A stretch of 64,000 bases of DNA from Cellvibrionaceae bacterium. GTDB lineage: Bacteria > Pseudomonadota > Gammaproteobacteria > Pseudomonadales > Cellvibrionaceae. Under the pieces are notes generated by a model. It was not told the origin of the DNA. It made no database searches and saw only the letters and a list, made by a program, of their open reading frames with translations. The first letter of the stretch is position 1; every line of letters begins with the position of its first letter. The DNA lies in contig JAGKWQ010000014.1 of assembly GCA_021151825.1 (NCBI GenBank), forward strand, positions 6,455 to 70,454, given 5' to 3'. A program made the translations under genes and the position numbers. Below are positions 24,892 through 34,526 of this stretch, one piece after another.

Positions 24892-27800
24892 ATGGATATC
24901 AAGAATTTTCAACTCGCCGATTTGCTGAAAGAGCACACCGACGAACCCATTGCTGTCACCCAGGTCCAGGCTACTGCCCGCAGGCAGCCTATTGCGATTA
25001 TTGGTATAGATTGCAAAATTGGTGAAGCGAACAGCAGCGAAGAATATTGGACTTTATTACGTGAAGGCCGTATTGCCTTGCGCAATCTTCCTGAGTCGCG
25101 TAGTGCAGATATTGTTGAATATTTGCGTTTGCGTGGAGCACAACATTCTATTAGTGACGATCAGTACCTGCGCGAAGGTTACCTTGAAGAAATCGATAAA
25201 TTCGATTATCAATTTTTTGGATTGGCGAAGCAGGAAGCGAATCTAATGGATCCAAACCAACGGCTTTTTTTGCAATCCGCATGGGCCGCGCTGGAGGATG
25301 CCGGTTACGGTGGCGATAGTATCAAACAAACAAAGACCGGGGTTTTTGCCGGGTTTAGCAGTGACTTTGGTGAAGATTATCGCCGCCTTATTCACATCCA
25401 TGCGCCGGATGCGCCTGAAATTTCTGTAGCAGGAAATATCCGTTCAATCATTGCCAGTCGCATTGCCTATCATCTGGACTTAACAGGCCCATCGATGATG
25501 ATTGACACTGCCTGTTCATCAGGATTGGTAGCCGTTCACCAGGCTTGCAAATCATTGCAAAGCGGTGAGTGTGAAATGGCATTGGTGGGTGCGGTAAAAA
25601 TTGATTTGATTCCGATTCAGGAGGATCCAGCAACGGGGATTGGTACTAAAGATATTCAGGACACCATTGCCGTCGATGGATTAACGCGCACCTTTGATGA
25701 TCATTGTGCAGGAACATCGGCATGTGAAGGTGTGATCAGTTTTTTGTTGAAACCTCTTAGTGCAGCAGAACGGGATGGTGACAATATTCATGCTGTTATT
25801 ATGGGTAGTGCTATTAACCAGGATGGACACTCAGTAGGAATTACTGCACCTAATAGTGCGGCGCAGGAGCGTTTAATTTGTGCAGCGCTAAACGATGCAG
25901 AATTACACGCGCAGGATATTTCCTACATTGAAGCACACGGCACCGCAACGCGATTGGGTGATCCAATTGAAATCAGTGGCATCCAGCGCGCGTTCCAGCA
26001 GTTCACAGATCGCAAACAATTTTGTGCAATAGGCAGCGTTAAATCCAATCTGGGCCATATGGATAATGCGGCTGGTCTGGCGGGGCTTGCTAAAGTGGTA
26101 TTGGCGATGAAGCATCGGCAGCTACCCGCCAGCTTACATTTCCATTTGCCAAATCAAAAAATTGCATTTGAAAAATCACCTGTCTATGTCAACGACCATT
26201 TACGTGCATGGGATTCGGCCGCCGGAAAACCGGTATATGCCGGTATCAACTCCTTTGGGCTCAGTGGTACTAATTGCCACGTGATTGTGCAATCTTATGC
26301 AGCGGTCCAGTCGCGCGTGGACAATACTACAGCGCCGTATTTTCTCTGTTTGTCTGCGCGAAACTCACAAGCATTACGTGAGAATGCCCAAGCGTATTTA
26401 CAATATCTGCAACAACATTCCCCGACATTGGGAGACCTGGCTTATACCGCAATCGTTGGTCGTTTTCATTTTGAGTATCGTTTGGGTATTGTGTTTTCCA
26501 GCAAGGAGGAATTGCTGCGGATTTTATCTTCCTATGTACAAGAAGTCCTGACTCCTGATGAAAACTTTTTTAGCGGCAATTTCCGTGTGGTAGCTGATGG
26601 ACAGGATTTGCGAGAAGGGCTGCTTACTGAAAGCCAACAATACCTCTTATCGAATCAAGCCAGCATTCTGGCGCAGCAAATAGACCTGGTATCCGATAAA
26701 CGCTTGAGCCAATTAAAACGTTTATGTGAGCTGTACGTTGCCGGAGCTACGATCAAGGGTGCAGAGTGGTTCAATGCACAACATCACCATCAACGAATTT
26801 CATTGCCGACTTATCCATTTGCGCGCGAACGTTGTTGGGTTGAAACTACAGCTGCTGGCGAGAGCAGGGCGCAATCTTCCAGTGGTAAAACATTTGCTCA
26901 TCCATTGCTAGACCAATGTGCGCTGGAATCTAACGGTATTCTTGTTTATCGCACCACCTTAAGTGCAAATACTCACTGGGAGCTTGCCGAGCATAAAGTT
27001 CGAGACACTTATGTGCTACCGGGGACCTGTTATGTAGAGATGTTATTGGAAATTGCACGCCAGTTAACCAATGATCGGATCGAAACTATTTGTTTTAAGG
27101 ATATTTTATTTCTCGCACCGTTTAGTGTGCAGGATGGCGAACGCAAAGAAATTCATATCCGCCTGGATGAAAAAGGCAATCACTATCAGGTCACTATTTC
27201 AAGTCAGTCACTTCAGGGATGGGATATCCACGCTGAAGCAACTTTATCATTGGCTAACAATTTTCCTGCTCCAGTGCCAGTAATTATTCCAACACTTATT
27301 GAATTGCTACCCAAGCCAATTACCTTTTCTCGCCAGGATGACGAAAGCCGGGGGCTGATAATTGGCGATCGTTGGAGCCATGCATTTGTGCGCGGCTGGA
27401 TGAATACCAATGCTACAGAGTTTCTGGTAGAGCTCTCGCTTCCCACTGCTTATAGCGGTGAAGAAAAGCAATATATTTATCATCCCGCTTTACTAGATAC
27501 CGCCGTTAATGCAATTAACCATATGATTGATGAAGGCGCGCTTTATTTACCATTCTCTTATTCAAATTTTGCAATTCGTGCGCGTTTGCCGGCGCGATTC
27601 CTGGTTCGCCTGATACGAGAAAATGATAGTAAAGAGTTGTGTCAATTTTCGATCCAGCTGCTAACCCTCGAGGGTATTTTACTTGGCAAGATCGACGCTT
27701 ACGAAATCAAACGTGTTCCGGAGCACCAAACATTTGAGGCTGCCAATACGTCTCAAGCCTATACCCTGACACAAGTAGAGAACCAGTCAGCAAACCTCAC

Positions 27801-29598
27801 TACGACATTAGCTGCACCGGTGTTAGTGATTCACCAGGATGATGCGGACCAGCGCAGGTTCCTGGAGAATTTCAAAAAAATAACAGCGGTGGAAATTATT
27901 GCGCTGACAATTAATTCAAACGCAGATCTAAACCTCCACACACTGTCAGAGCGCGTAGGTCAACGCAAGTTATCCGGAGTAGTATTTTTTACCAATCCAA
28001 TATCGATACCATTAACAGCGATCACAAATTGCCTACAAACTGCAATGGCAAATATCAATACATTAACCATGGCGCGTTTGGATCTTCAAGGGCCAATGTT
28101 GTGTGTCTCCATTCATGAAACTTCCAATGCTCCGCTGGCAAATGCATTATCAGGATTTGTTCAGGTTGCAGGCCTTGAAAATCCACAGTTAAATATTCGT
28201 CCACTTGTTATTGCAGAACCCACATCTGCGGATGTGATGGCCGATATTATTCATCGTGAGTTATGCAATCCTGCTGTGCGAATTCCTGCGTTGTATCAAC
28301 AAAACAATTTATGGAACTATCGTCTTGATGCGGTGAAATTTGGCGGTAGAACATCATTGCAACTGCATGCCAATAAAACATATGTAATTACCGGTGGTTT
28401 TGGCGCACTTGGCCTTGAAGTAGCACTCAGCCTTGCGGAGCAGGGGGCCAGAAATATTGCCTTGATAGGCTCTACTGCGATTGCTGATCAGGCGCAGTGG
28501 TCACAACTTCTTGCTGACATCAATGTAAATAATAAAACACGGCAACGTTTGCAAATGTTAACCCGATTAAAAGAAATGGGAGTAACAATCGGTTGCTATG
28601 CCGTTGATGTAGCAAACGCAGTGAAGTTGGAAAGTTGTCTGACTGATATTCGTAGCAAGCTTGGTCCTATTGCCGGGGTAATCCACGCTGCAGGGCGTGC
28701 CGGTGCAGGATTCATGATGAATAAAACACCGGAGCAGCTCGCTCATGTTGTCGACGCAAAAATTCTCGGGGCCTGGCACTTGCACCAGTTGACACAGCAG
28801 GACTCGCTCGATTTCTTCGTGCTGTATTCTTCTATCGCAACTGTACTTCTGAATGCAGGGCAGAGTGATTACACCGCAGCCAATGCATTTTTGGATGGCC
28901 TTGCGATTATGCGTCGCAACCAGGGGCTTCCGGCATTATCCATTTGTTGGCCGGCATGGCGTGAAACAGGTATTGCCGTAGAACACGGCGCTGTTGATGA
29001 AGACGAACTTTTTTCTCCCATCAACACTGTTCCCGCATTAACACGCTTATCTACCGCCATTGCGGCAGGTAATAGCATTCCGCCGGTAATTATTATTGCC
29101 GATCTTCATCCACGCGCACGGCGTGACGATCTGGAGCAACTTGGCATTCAGATCGCACCTGCACTCCAGCGTCGTTTCAATAATGCAAAAACCGTAAATG
29201 CGGATGAAAAGGAATCTCTTGAAAATAAACTTGTTATCAAGGGATTGGATGATCCGGATGAATATGATTTTCTCGCCGCCAGAACCTGGGCAGTTATTTT
29301 AGGCATTACTGATTTTGATGTGGATGATGCCTTCAGCGATCTGGGCGGTAATTCAATTTTAGCGACGCAGTTATATCGCGAATACGAACGTGTGCATCCC
29401 GGTGTGATGGAAATGGCGGATTTATTTACGCATACCAGCATCAGGGCCCAGGGTGCACATTTTAGAAAAGCTTTAAACAAACCGACATCCATTGCAGCAC
29501 AGCCAAGCGCGGTATCGGACGAGGATGATATTGACATTATTCTCGCGCGTTTAGCTCGCGGTGAATTGTCTGCTGATGAAGCAGAGTCAATTCTTTGA
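24892..29598 (+). CDS. AT-less PKS module KS-DH-KR-ACP
   Basis: KS DTACSSG/EAHGTAT/NLGHMD; only an AT-docking remnant; DH EHKVRDTYVLPG and HPALLD; KR TGGFGALG, HAAGRAGAG, QSDYTAAN; ACP GGNS. Confidence 0.9.
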   Translation: MDIKNFQLADLLKEHTDEPIAVTQVQATARRQPIAIIGIDCKIGEANSSEEYWTLLREGRIALRNLPESRSADIVEYLRLRGAQHSISDDQYLREGYLEEIDKFDYQFFGLAKQEANLMDPNQRLFLQSAWAALEDAGYGGDSIKQTKTGVFAGFSSDFGEDYRRLIHIHAPDAPEISVAGNIRSIIASRIAYHLDLTGPSMMIDTACSSGLVAVHQACKSLQSGECEMALVGAVKIDLIPIQEDPATGIGTKDIQDTIAVDGLTRTFDDHCAGTSACEGVISFLLKPLSAAERDGDNIHAVIMGSAINQDGHSVGITAPNSAAQERLICAALNDAELHAQDISYIEAHGTATRLGDPIEISGIQRAFQQFTDRKQFCAIGSVKSNLGHMDNAAGLAGLAKVVLAMKHRQLPASLHFHLPNQKIAFEKSPVYVNDHLRAWDSAAGKPVYAGINSFGLSGTNCHVIVQSYAAVQSRVDNTTAPYFLCLSARNSQALRENAQAYLQYLQQHSPTLGDLAYTAIVGRFHFEYRLGIVFSSKEELLRILSSYVQEVLTPDENFFSGNFRVVADGQDLREGLLTESQQYLLSNQASILAQQIDLVSDKRLSQLKRLCELYVAGATIKGAEWFNAQHHHQRISLPTYPFARERCWVETTAAGESRAQSSSGKTFAHPLLDQCALESNGILVYRTTLSANTHWELAEHKVRDTYVLPGTCYVEMLLEIARQLTNDRIETICFKDILFLAPFSVQDGERKEIHIRLDEKGNHYQVTISSQSLQGWDIHAEATLSLANNFPAPVPVIIPTLIELLPKPITFSRQDDESRGLIIGDRWSHAFVRGWMNTNATEFLVELSLPTAYSGEEKQYIYHPALLDTAVNAINHMIDEGALYLPFSYSNFAIRARLPARFLVRLIRENDSKELCQFSIQLLTLEGILLGKIDAYEIKRVPEHQTFEAANTSQAYTLTQVENQSANLTTTLAAPVLVIHQDDADQRRFLENFKKITAVEIIALTINSNADLNLHTLSERVGQRKLSGVVFFTNPISIPLTAITNCLQTAMANINTLTMARLDLQGPMLCVSIHETSNAPLANALSGFVQVAGLENPQLNIRPLVIAEPTSADVMADIIHRELCNPAVRIPALYQQNNLWNYRLDAVKFGGRTSLQLHANKTYVITGGFGALGLEVALSLAEQGARNIALIGSTAIADQAQWSQLLADINVNNKTRQRLQMLTRLKEMGVTIGCYAVDVANAVKLESCLTDIRSKLGPIAGVIHAAGRAGAGFMMNKTPEQLAHVVDAKILGAWHLHQLTQQDSLDFFVLYSSIATVLLNAGQSDYTAANAFLDGLAIMRRNQGLPALSICWPAWRETGIAVEHGAVDEDELFSPINTVPALTRLSTAIAAGNSIPPVIIIADLHPRARRDDLEQLGIQIAPALQRRFNNAKTVNADEKESLENKLVIKGLDDPDEYDFLAARTWAVILGITDFDVDDAFSDLGGNSILATQLYREYERVHPGVMEMADLFTHTSIRAQGAHFRKALNKPTSIAAQPSAVSDEDDIDIILARLARGELSADEAESIL

Positions 29599-29626
29599 TT
29601 GGGATTAATCGATAACAGCTACTGGA

Positions 29627-32600
29627 TTGATTGACGTTATGAATTCACCAAAAAATACTTTGAAAAATTTTATTCTCCAGCAAGTAGCGAAGCAGGCAAT
29701 ATCGCAAGCTGAAGCAAAACAATATTTGCTGGAATTGAATAGTTCAGCTGATGCATCGGGAACAGAAAGCTCCAGCAATGATATTGCCATCATAGGCATG
29801 GCTGGAAAATTTCCCAAAGCCGAAAATGCAGATGAGTTTTGGGACCTGTTACGCCGGGGTATCAACTGTATTGATGATTACCCGGAAGCGCGTCGCAAGG
29901 ATTTTGAGCATATCCTGCGCAACCCGCATTACACTGAATTTTTAATTGGCGATGCCATTAAACGTGAAGATATTCCGCATGCCCATGCGCGTGCAGGTTA
30001 CCTGAAATTTATTGATAAATTTGATGCCGGTTTTTTTGGAATTCCACCTTCTGAAGCCACTTTCATGGACCCATACCAACGTATGGCCCTGGAGACTGCA
30101 TGGGAGACATTGGAAGACGCAGGTTACGGTGGTGACACTTTATCCGGTACAGCGACCGGCATATTTATCGGCAAAGAGGGCACTAACTATTCTCTTTACC
30201 GTTATTGTTCAGTGAAAGATCCCATGCAATTGACAGGTTCATGGGAAAGCATCATGGCCAGTCGTATTTCTTATTTATTTAATTTCCGTGGACCCTGTTT
30301 AGTCGTAGACACTGCATGTTCGGCCGGATTGGTTTCGGTACATATGGCAGCGCGTGCCATTTTGAATAAAGAATGTGATCAAGCTATAGCAGGAGGAATT
30401 AACCTGAGTGTGACCGGTGAATTCAACAGCCGTTTCCAGGGCGGTATGAATATGGATTCGGTTGAGTCGGATGATGGAGTGATACGTACATTTGATGGTC
30501 GCGCAAACGGCACAGTATGGGGCGAGGGCGTTGCATTTGTATTGCTTAAGCCACTCGCAAAAGCGTTGCAGGATGGCGATCACATTCATGCCGTTATCAA
30601 GGGCAGTGCAATTAATAATGATGGTGCATCCAATGGTTTGACTGCACCGAATGCCGAGGCACAGGAAGAAGTTATTGTTAAAGCCTGGGAGAATGCGGGC
30701 ATCAATCCTGAAACACTGTCTTATGTGGAGGCCCACGGTACTGGTACTGTGCTTGGTGATCCCATTGAATTCAAAGGTTTAACCAGTGCCTTTCGCCGGT
30801 TCACGCAAAAATCACAATTTTGTGCGATTGGTTCTTTGAAAACAAATATGGGGCATTTGGTTGCGGCTTCCGGTGTTGCATCGTTGTTCAAGGTCGTTAA
30901 ATCGATGCAACACAAACAACTTGCACCGACAATTAATTTTGGCGAGCCCAACCCCTACATTCCTTTTACATCCAGCCCGCTCTATGTGTCTGATCGATTG
31001 CAGCCCTGGGAGATCACTCCGGGAACACAACGCAGGGCAGCATTGAGTTCATTTGGTTTCAGCCATACCAATTGCCATATGGTTGTTGAAGAAGCACCCG
31101 CAACAACACCCTTGCCAGCCGTGAAGCCGGCGTATTGTTTTACTCTATCAGCGAAAAAAATCGAATTACTGCAAGATTATGTTGCGCGCTTTTTAAATGT
31201 TAATCGCGCTATAAACGAATTCTCCCTCGCTGATCTTTGCTACACCTTGAATATCGGGCGCGGGCATTACGATTATCGATTGGCTATTGTTGCAAACGAC
31301 AAGCAAGAATTAAGCGCGGCGTTGGAAGCGGCTGCCAATGTTATTAACGGCACTGCCACACATAAAGGTGTTTATTTCGGTCACTACGCGATTGTCAGTG
31401 AAAAGAAAAAAGAGCGTCTCGCTGGCGACATCACCGATAAAGAGAAAAAACTTTTTACCTCAGAAGCGGCGCAGCACTTACAAAATTATCTTTCCAATGC
31501 GGATGTTTCCCTTCTGCATAAACTGGCCCGGATTTATTGCATTGGTGCAGATGTCAATTGGTCACATTTTTATCGCAATGAAGCTCGGTTGCGTTTGGCG
31601 TTGCCAACCTATCCATTTGAACGCAAGCGCGTGTGGGCTGAGCCTAAGATCACTAAAATTACCAGTGTCGATACGCGCTTGCACCCACTGATTGATCGCG
31701 AGATCAAACAATCTGCGAATGAATGGATATATGAGTCCTTATTCAGTAGCGAGAGCCACTGGGTGTTATCTGATCACAAGATTATGCATTCCGCTGTTGT
31801 GCCCGGGACTACTTATCTGGAAATGGCTCGTAGCGTTGCCCAACTGGCGTTGGGCTGGGATTCGCTTGAATTGAGCGAATTATTTTTTCTTCAACCGATG
31901 GTAGTTGAAGATGAAACCAAACGGCGGGTTCGGGTGCAGTTAACAACGCACGAACAACAAGCGGCTTTTGCAATTGAAAGTACTGAATCTGATGCAGCTT
32001 CCGAACAATGGATTCGCCATGCGGAAGGAAATATCAAACAACTACAGCAAGCGCCCGCCGCATTGCCAGATTTTGCCAAGGTAAAACAACAGGCAACTGA
32101 TGTGATTGAAAATTATCAGGGTCATAGCGATACCGGTGTTTTCCAATTTGGTCCCCATTGGGATGTGGTGCGCGCAGCTTGGTCCAGCCCACATGAAAGT
32201 CTGGCGCGTTTGGTGCTCGCCGATAATTTACGACATGAGCTGCAACATTATCTTATTCATCCATCGATTTTGGATAATGCAATGAATCTCACCAGCCAAA
32301 CGACGGGTGAGACTTTTCTGCCATTCATGTACAAATCGTTTCGTTTTTATAAGCCGTTTACCCGCGAATTATTGACTTATCTGGTGCCGCGCGAACCGCT
32401 TTCGGCAACCGATGAAACACAAACATTTAATGTTGTACTGGCGGATTTGCAGGGCAATGTATTGGCCGAAGTGGATGGTTACGTCACCAGAAAAGTACAT
32501 AATTTTGATTTCACTACTGACACAGTAACGAATGAATTTTTGGCTCGTCGATGGATGACGGTATCGACCGTTGCCTCAACCACAGCCATTAGCGGTCAGT

Positions 32601-34438
32601 TGCTGGTGATCGCGAGTAATAACAGTGATGCACAACAATTGGTGCACAGTTTCGATCAAGTGAATGTGAATGCCGATGCTGTGGTTATCGCTGCTCCTGG
32701 CGATAGTAGTATTGATCAACAAAAAATATTCAGTGCTGATGTTGAAGGATTTTCTGCTTTGCTTTCGGTTTACGGAGAAAACCTGGCGGGGATTGTATTG
32801 GCTACTGGTTGGGGGCGTTCTGTTGCAGACGGCTATTTGCATACTGCAGAACGCTTTTCACAACAACGAATATTAAGTGTTGATGGGTTATTTCATTTAC
32901 TAAAAACAATATTGGATAGTAAACAAAAATTGCCGTGGGGATTTGCGGTGTTGACAACGGCTGCCCAAACAATTGATAGCCAAATTGCGGTCAGCAATCC
33001 ATTAGGGGCTGCAACTACAATGCTGGGAATAACGGCAGCTATGGAAAATCCTGGTTTGCCTTGTCGGTTGCTGGATACCGATCCTGCTCAGGATTCACAA
33101 CAACTGATTGAAACTTTATTGCAATTGGCACCAGGAAAAATAACAGCTCTGCGCAATGGAAATATTTATCAGCAAGAGCTTTATCCGCGGCGCTTTAGTG
33201 AAGAATCGCCACTGCTTTTCAAAACAGAAGGTGCATATCTGGTTACCGGTGGCCTTGGTGGTTTGGGTTTGGCTGCAGCGAAACACATCGCCAATCAAGC
33301 ACGGGCAAATGTCATTTTGCTTGGACGCTCGCCATTAGCAGAGCGCTCACAATGGGCCGAGCTTGCCGCTAGTGATAACCTTCCTGGCAATAAAAAACAA
33401 TCACGCTTATACACTTTACTGTTGGAGCTGGAGCCTAATCTTTCCTCGCTAACCTATTATCAAGTTGATGTGACTGACGAACAAAAACTTGCTGGTACCC
33501 TCGCTGAAATCAAGTCTCGTTTCAATAGTATTAACGGGGTCTTTCATACCGCTGGTGTAGCAGGGGATGGATTTATTTTGCGCAAGGATTTTGCAACATT
33601 TGATGCAGTGCTTAAACCCAAGCTTGAAGGAACCCGCAATTTGCTAACCCAATTGTATGATCAAGCACTTGATTTTTTTGTGCTTTATTCATCGATCACT
33701 GCGTTAACGGGCGGGCAAGGGCAAGGAGATTATGCCGCTGCCAACGCATTTATGGATGCGCTATCCGCAGGGCATCATAATCAAAAACTGACAGCCGTGA
33801 ATTGGCCAAGCTGGTCTGATGCGGGTATGGCGGTAGATTTTGGTATTACTGAAAGCCAGACACCTTTTACGTCAATTACTGCAGTGTCCGCTTTTTCAAA
33901 ATTAGCCAAAGTTCTTGCTAACAAGGCAAGCGAAATCATCCCTGCCGATATTAATCCGGCGTTGTTTGCTGAAATCCAGGCGCAATTGCCATTCAATCTG
34001 AGTCGTGAGCTACAAGCAATGATTGCACGACAATCGCCGTCAGTATCCAGTACAGAGGATATGGAAAATGCTGATGTACATATTCGCGGTAAAAGTGCCG
34101 ACGATCTCACCGCCACCGAAATTACCCTGGCAAAAATTTATGCCGCAGTGCTGGGGTTAAATGAAATTGATTTGTTTACTAATTTCCAGGATATGGGCGG
34201 CAACTCCATTATCGCGACCCATTTACTGAAGGTGATTGAAAATTATTTCCCCGGTCTAGTCGATATTTCCGACGTTTTTTCATATCCCGCTATTGATGAT
34301 ATGGCGAGCTACATCGACAGCAAAGGTGAAAATTCTCCGCTGGTTGAAAACAAAGAATCGACTGTTGATTGGGAACGGTTGGTAGACCAAGCGGTAGAGA
34401 GCGATGAAGCACTGGAAAATATTTTGGCGAATTTATAG
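29627..34438 (+). CDS. AT-less PKS module KS-DH-KR-ACP
   Basis: KS DTACSAG/EAHGTGT/NMGHLV; DH DHKIMHSAVVPG and HPSILD; KR TGGLGGLG, HTAGVAGDG, QGDYAAAN; ACP GGNS. True start may be ATG 29639. Confidence 0.9.
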   Translation: MIDVMNSPKNTLKNFILQQVAKQAISQAEAKQYLLELNSSADASGTESSSNDIAIIGMAGKFPKAENADEFWDLLRRGINCIDDYPEARRKDFEHILRNPHYTEFLIGDAIKREDIPHAHARAGYLKFIDKFDAGFFGIPPSEATFMDPYQRMALETAWETLEDAGYGGDTLSGTATGIFIGKEGTNYSLYRYCSVKDPMQLTGSWESIMASRISYLFNFRGPCLVVDTACSAGLVSVHMAARAILNKECDQAIAGGINLSVTGEFNSRFQGGMNMDSVESDDGVIRTFDGRANGTVWGEGVAFVLLKPLAKALQDGDHIHAVIKGSAINNDGASNGLTAPNAEAQEEVIVKAWENAGINPETLSYVEAHGTGTVLGDPIEFKGLTSAFRRFTQKSQFCAIGSLKTNMGHLVAASGVASLFKVVKSMQHKQLAPTINFGEPNPYIPFTSSPLYVSDRLQPWEITPGTQRRAALSSFGFSHTNCHMVVEEAPATTPLPAVKPAYCFTLSAKKIELLQDYVARFLNVNRAINEFSLADLCYTLNIGRGHYDYRLAIVANDKQELSAALEAAANVINGTATHKGVYFGHYAIVSEKKKERLAGDITDKEKKLFTSEAAQHLQNYLSNADVSLLHKLARIYCIGADVNWSHFYRNEARLRLALPTYPFERKRVWAEPKITKITSVDTRLHPLIDREIKQSANEWIYESLFSSESHWVLSDHKIMHSAVVPGTTYLEMARSVAQLALGWDSLELSELFFLQPMVVEDETKRRVRVQLTTHEQQAAFAIESTESDAASEQWIRHAEGNIKQLQQAPAALPDFAKVKQQATDVIENYQGHSDTGVFQFGPHWDVVRAAWSSPHESLARLVLADNLRHELQHYLIHPSILDNAMNLTSQTTGETFLPFMYKSFRFYKPFTRELLTYLVPREPLSATDETQTFNVVLADLQGNVLAEVDGYVTRKVHNFDFTTDTVTNEFLARRWMTVSTVASTTAISGQLLVIASNNSDAQQLVHSFDQVNVNADAVVIAAPGDSSIDQQKIFSADVEGFSALLSVYGENLAGIVLATGWGRSVADGYLHTAERFSQQRILSVDGLFHLLKTILDSKQKLPWGFAVLTTAAQTIDSQIAVSNPLGAATTMLGITAAMENPGLPCRLLDTDPAQDSQQLIETLLQLAPGKITALRNGNIYQQELYPRRFSEESPLLFKTEGAYLVTGGLGGLGLAAAKHIANQARANVILLGRSPLAERSQWAELAASDNLPGNKKQSRLYTLLLELEPNLSSLTYYQVDVTDEQKLAGTLAEIKSRFNSINGVFHTAGVAGDGFILRKDFATFDAVLKPKLEGTRNLLTQLYDQALDFFVLYSSITALTGGQGQGDYAAANAFMDALSAGHHNQKLTAVNWPSWSDAGMAVDFGITESQTPFTSITAVSAFSKLAKVLANKASEIIPADINPALFAEIQAQLPFNLSRELQAMIARQSPSVSSTEDMENADVHIRGKSADDLTATEITLAKIYAAVLGLNEIDLFTNFQDMGGNSIIATHLLKVIENYFPGLVDISDVFSYPAIDDMASYIDSKGENSPLVENKESTVDWERLVDQAVESDEALENILANL

Positions 34439-34526
34439 TCCACATTAAAAGATTGCCAATGAATAAAGGCTCAAGGAATAAAGTTTCAAAGAATAAATAC
34501 CCCGGGAACGGTTTGAGGAAATTTAA

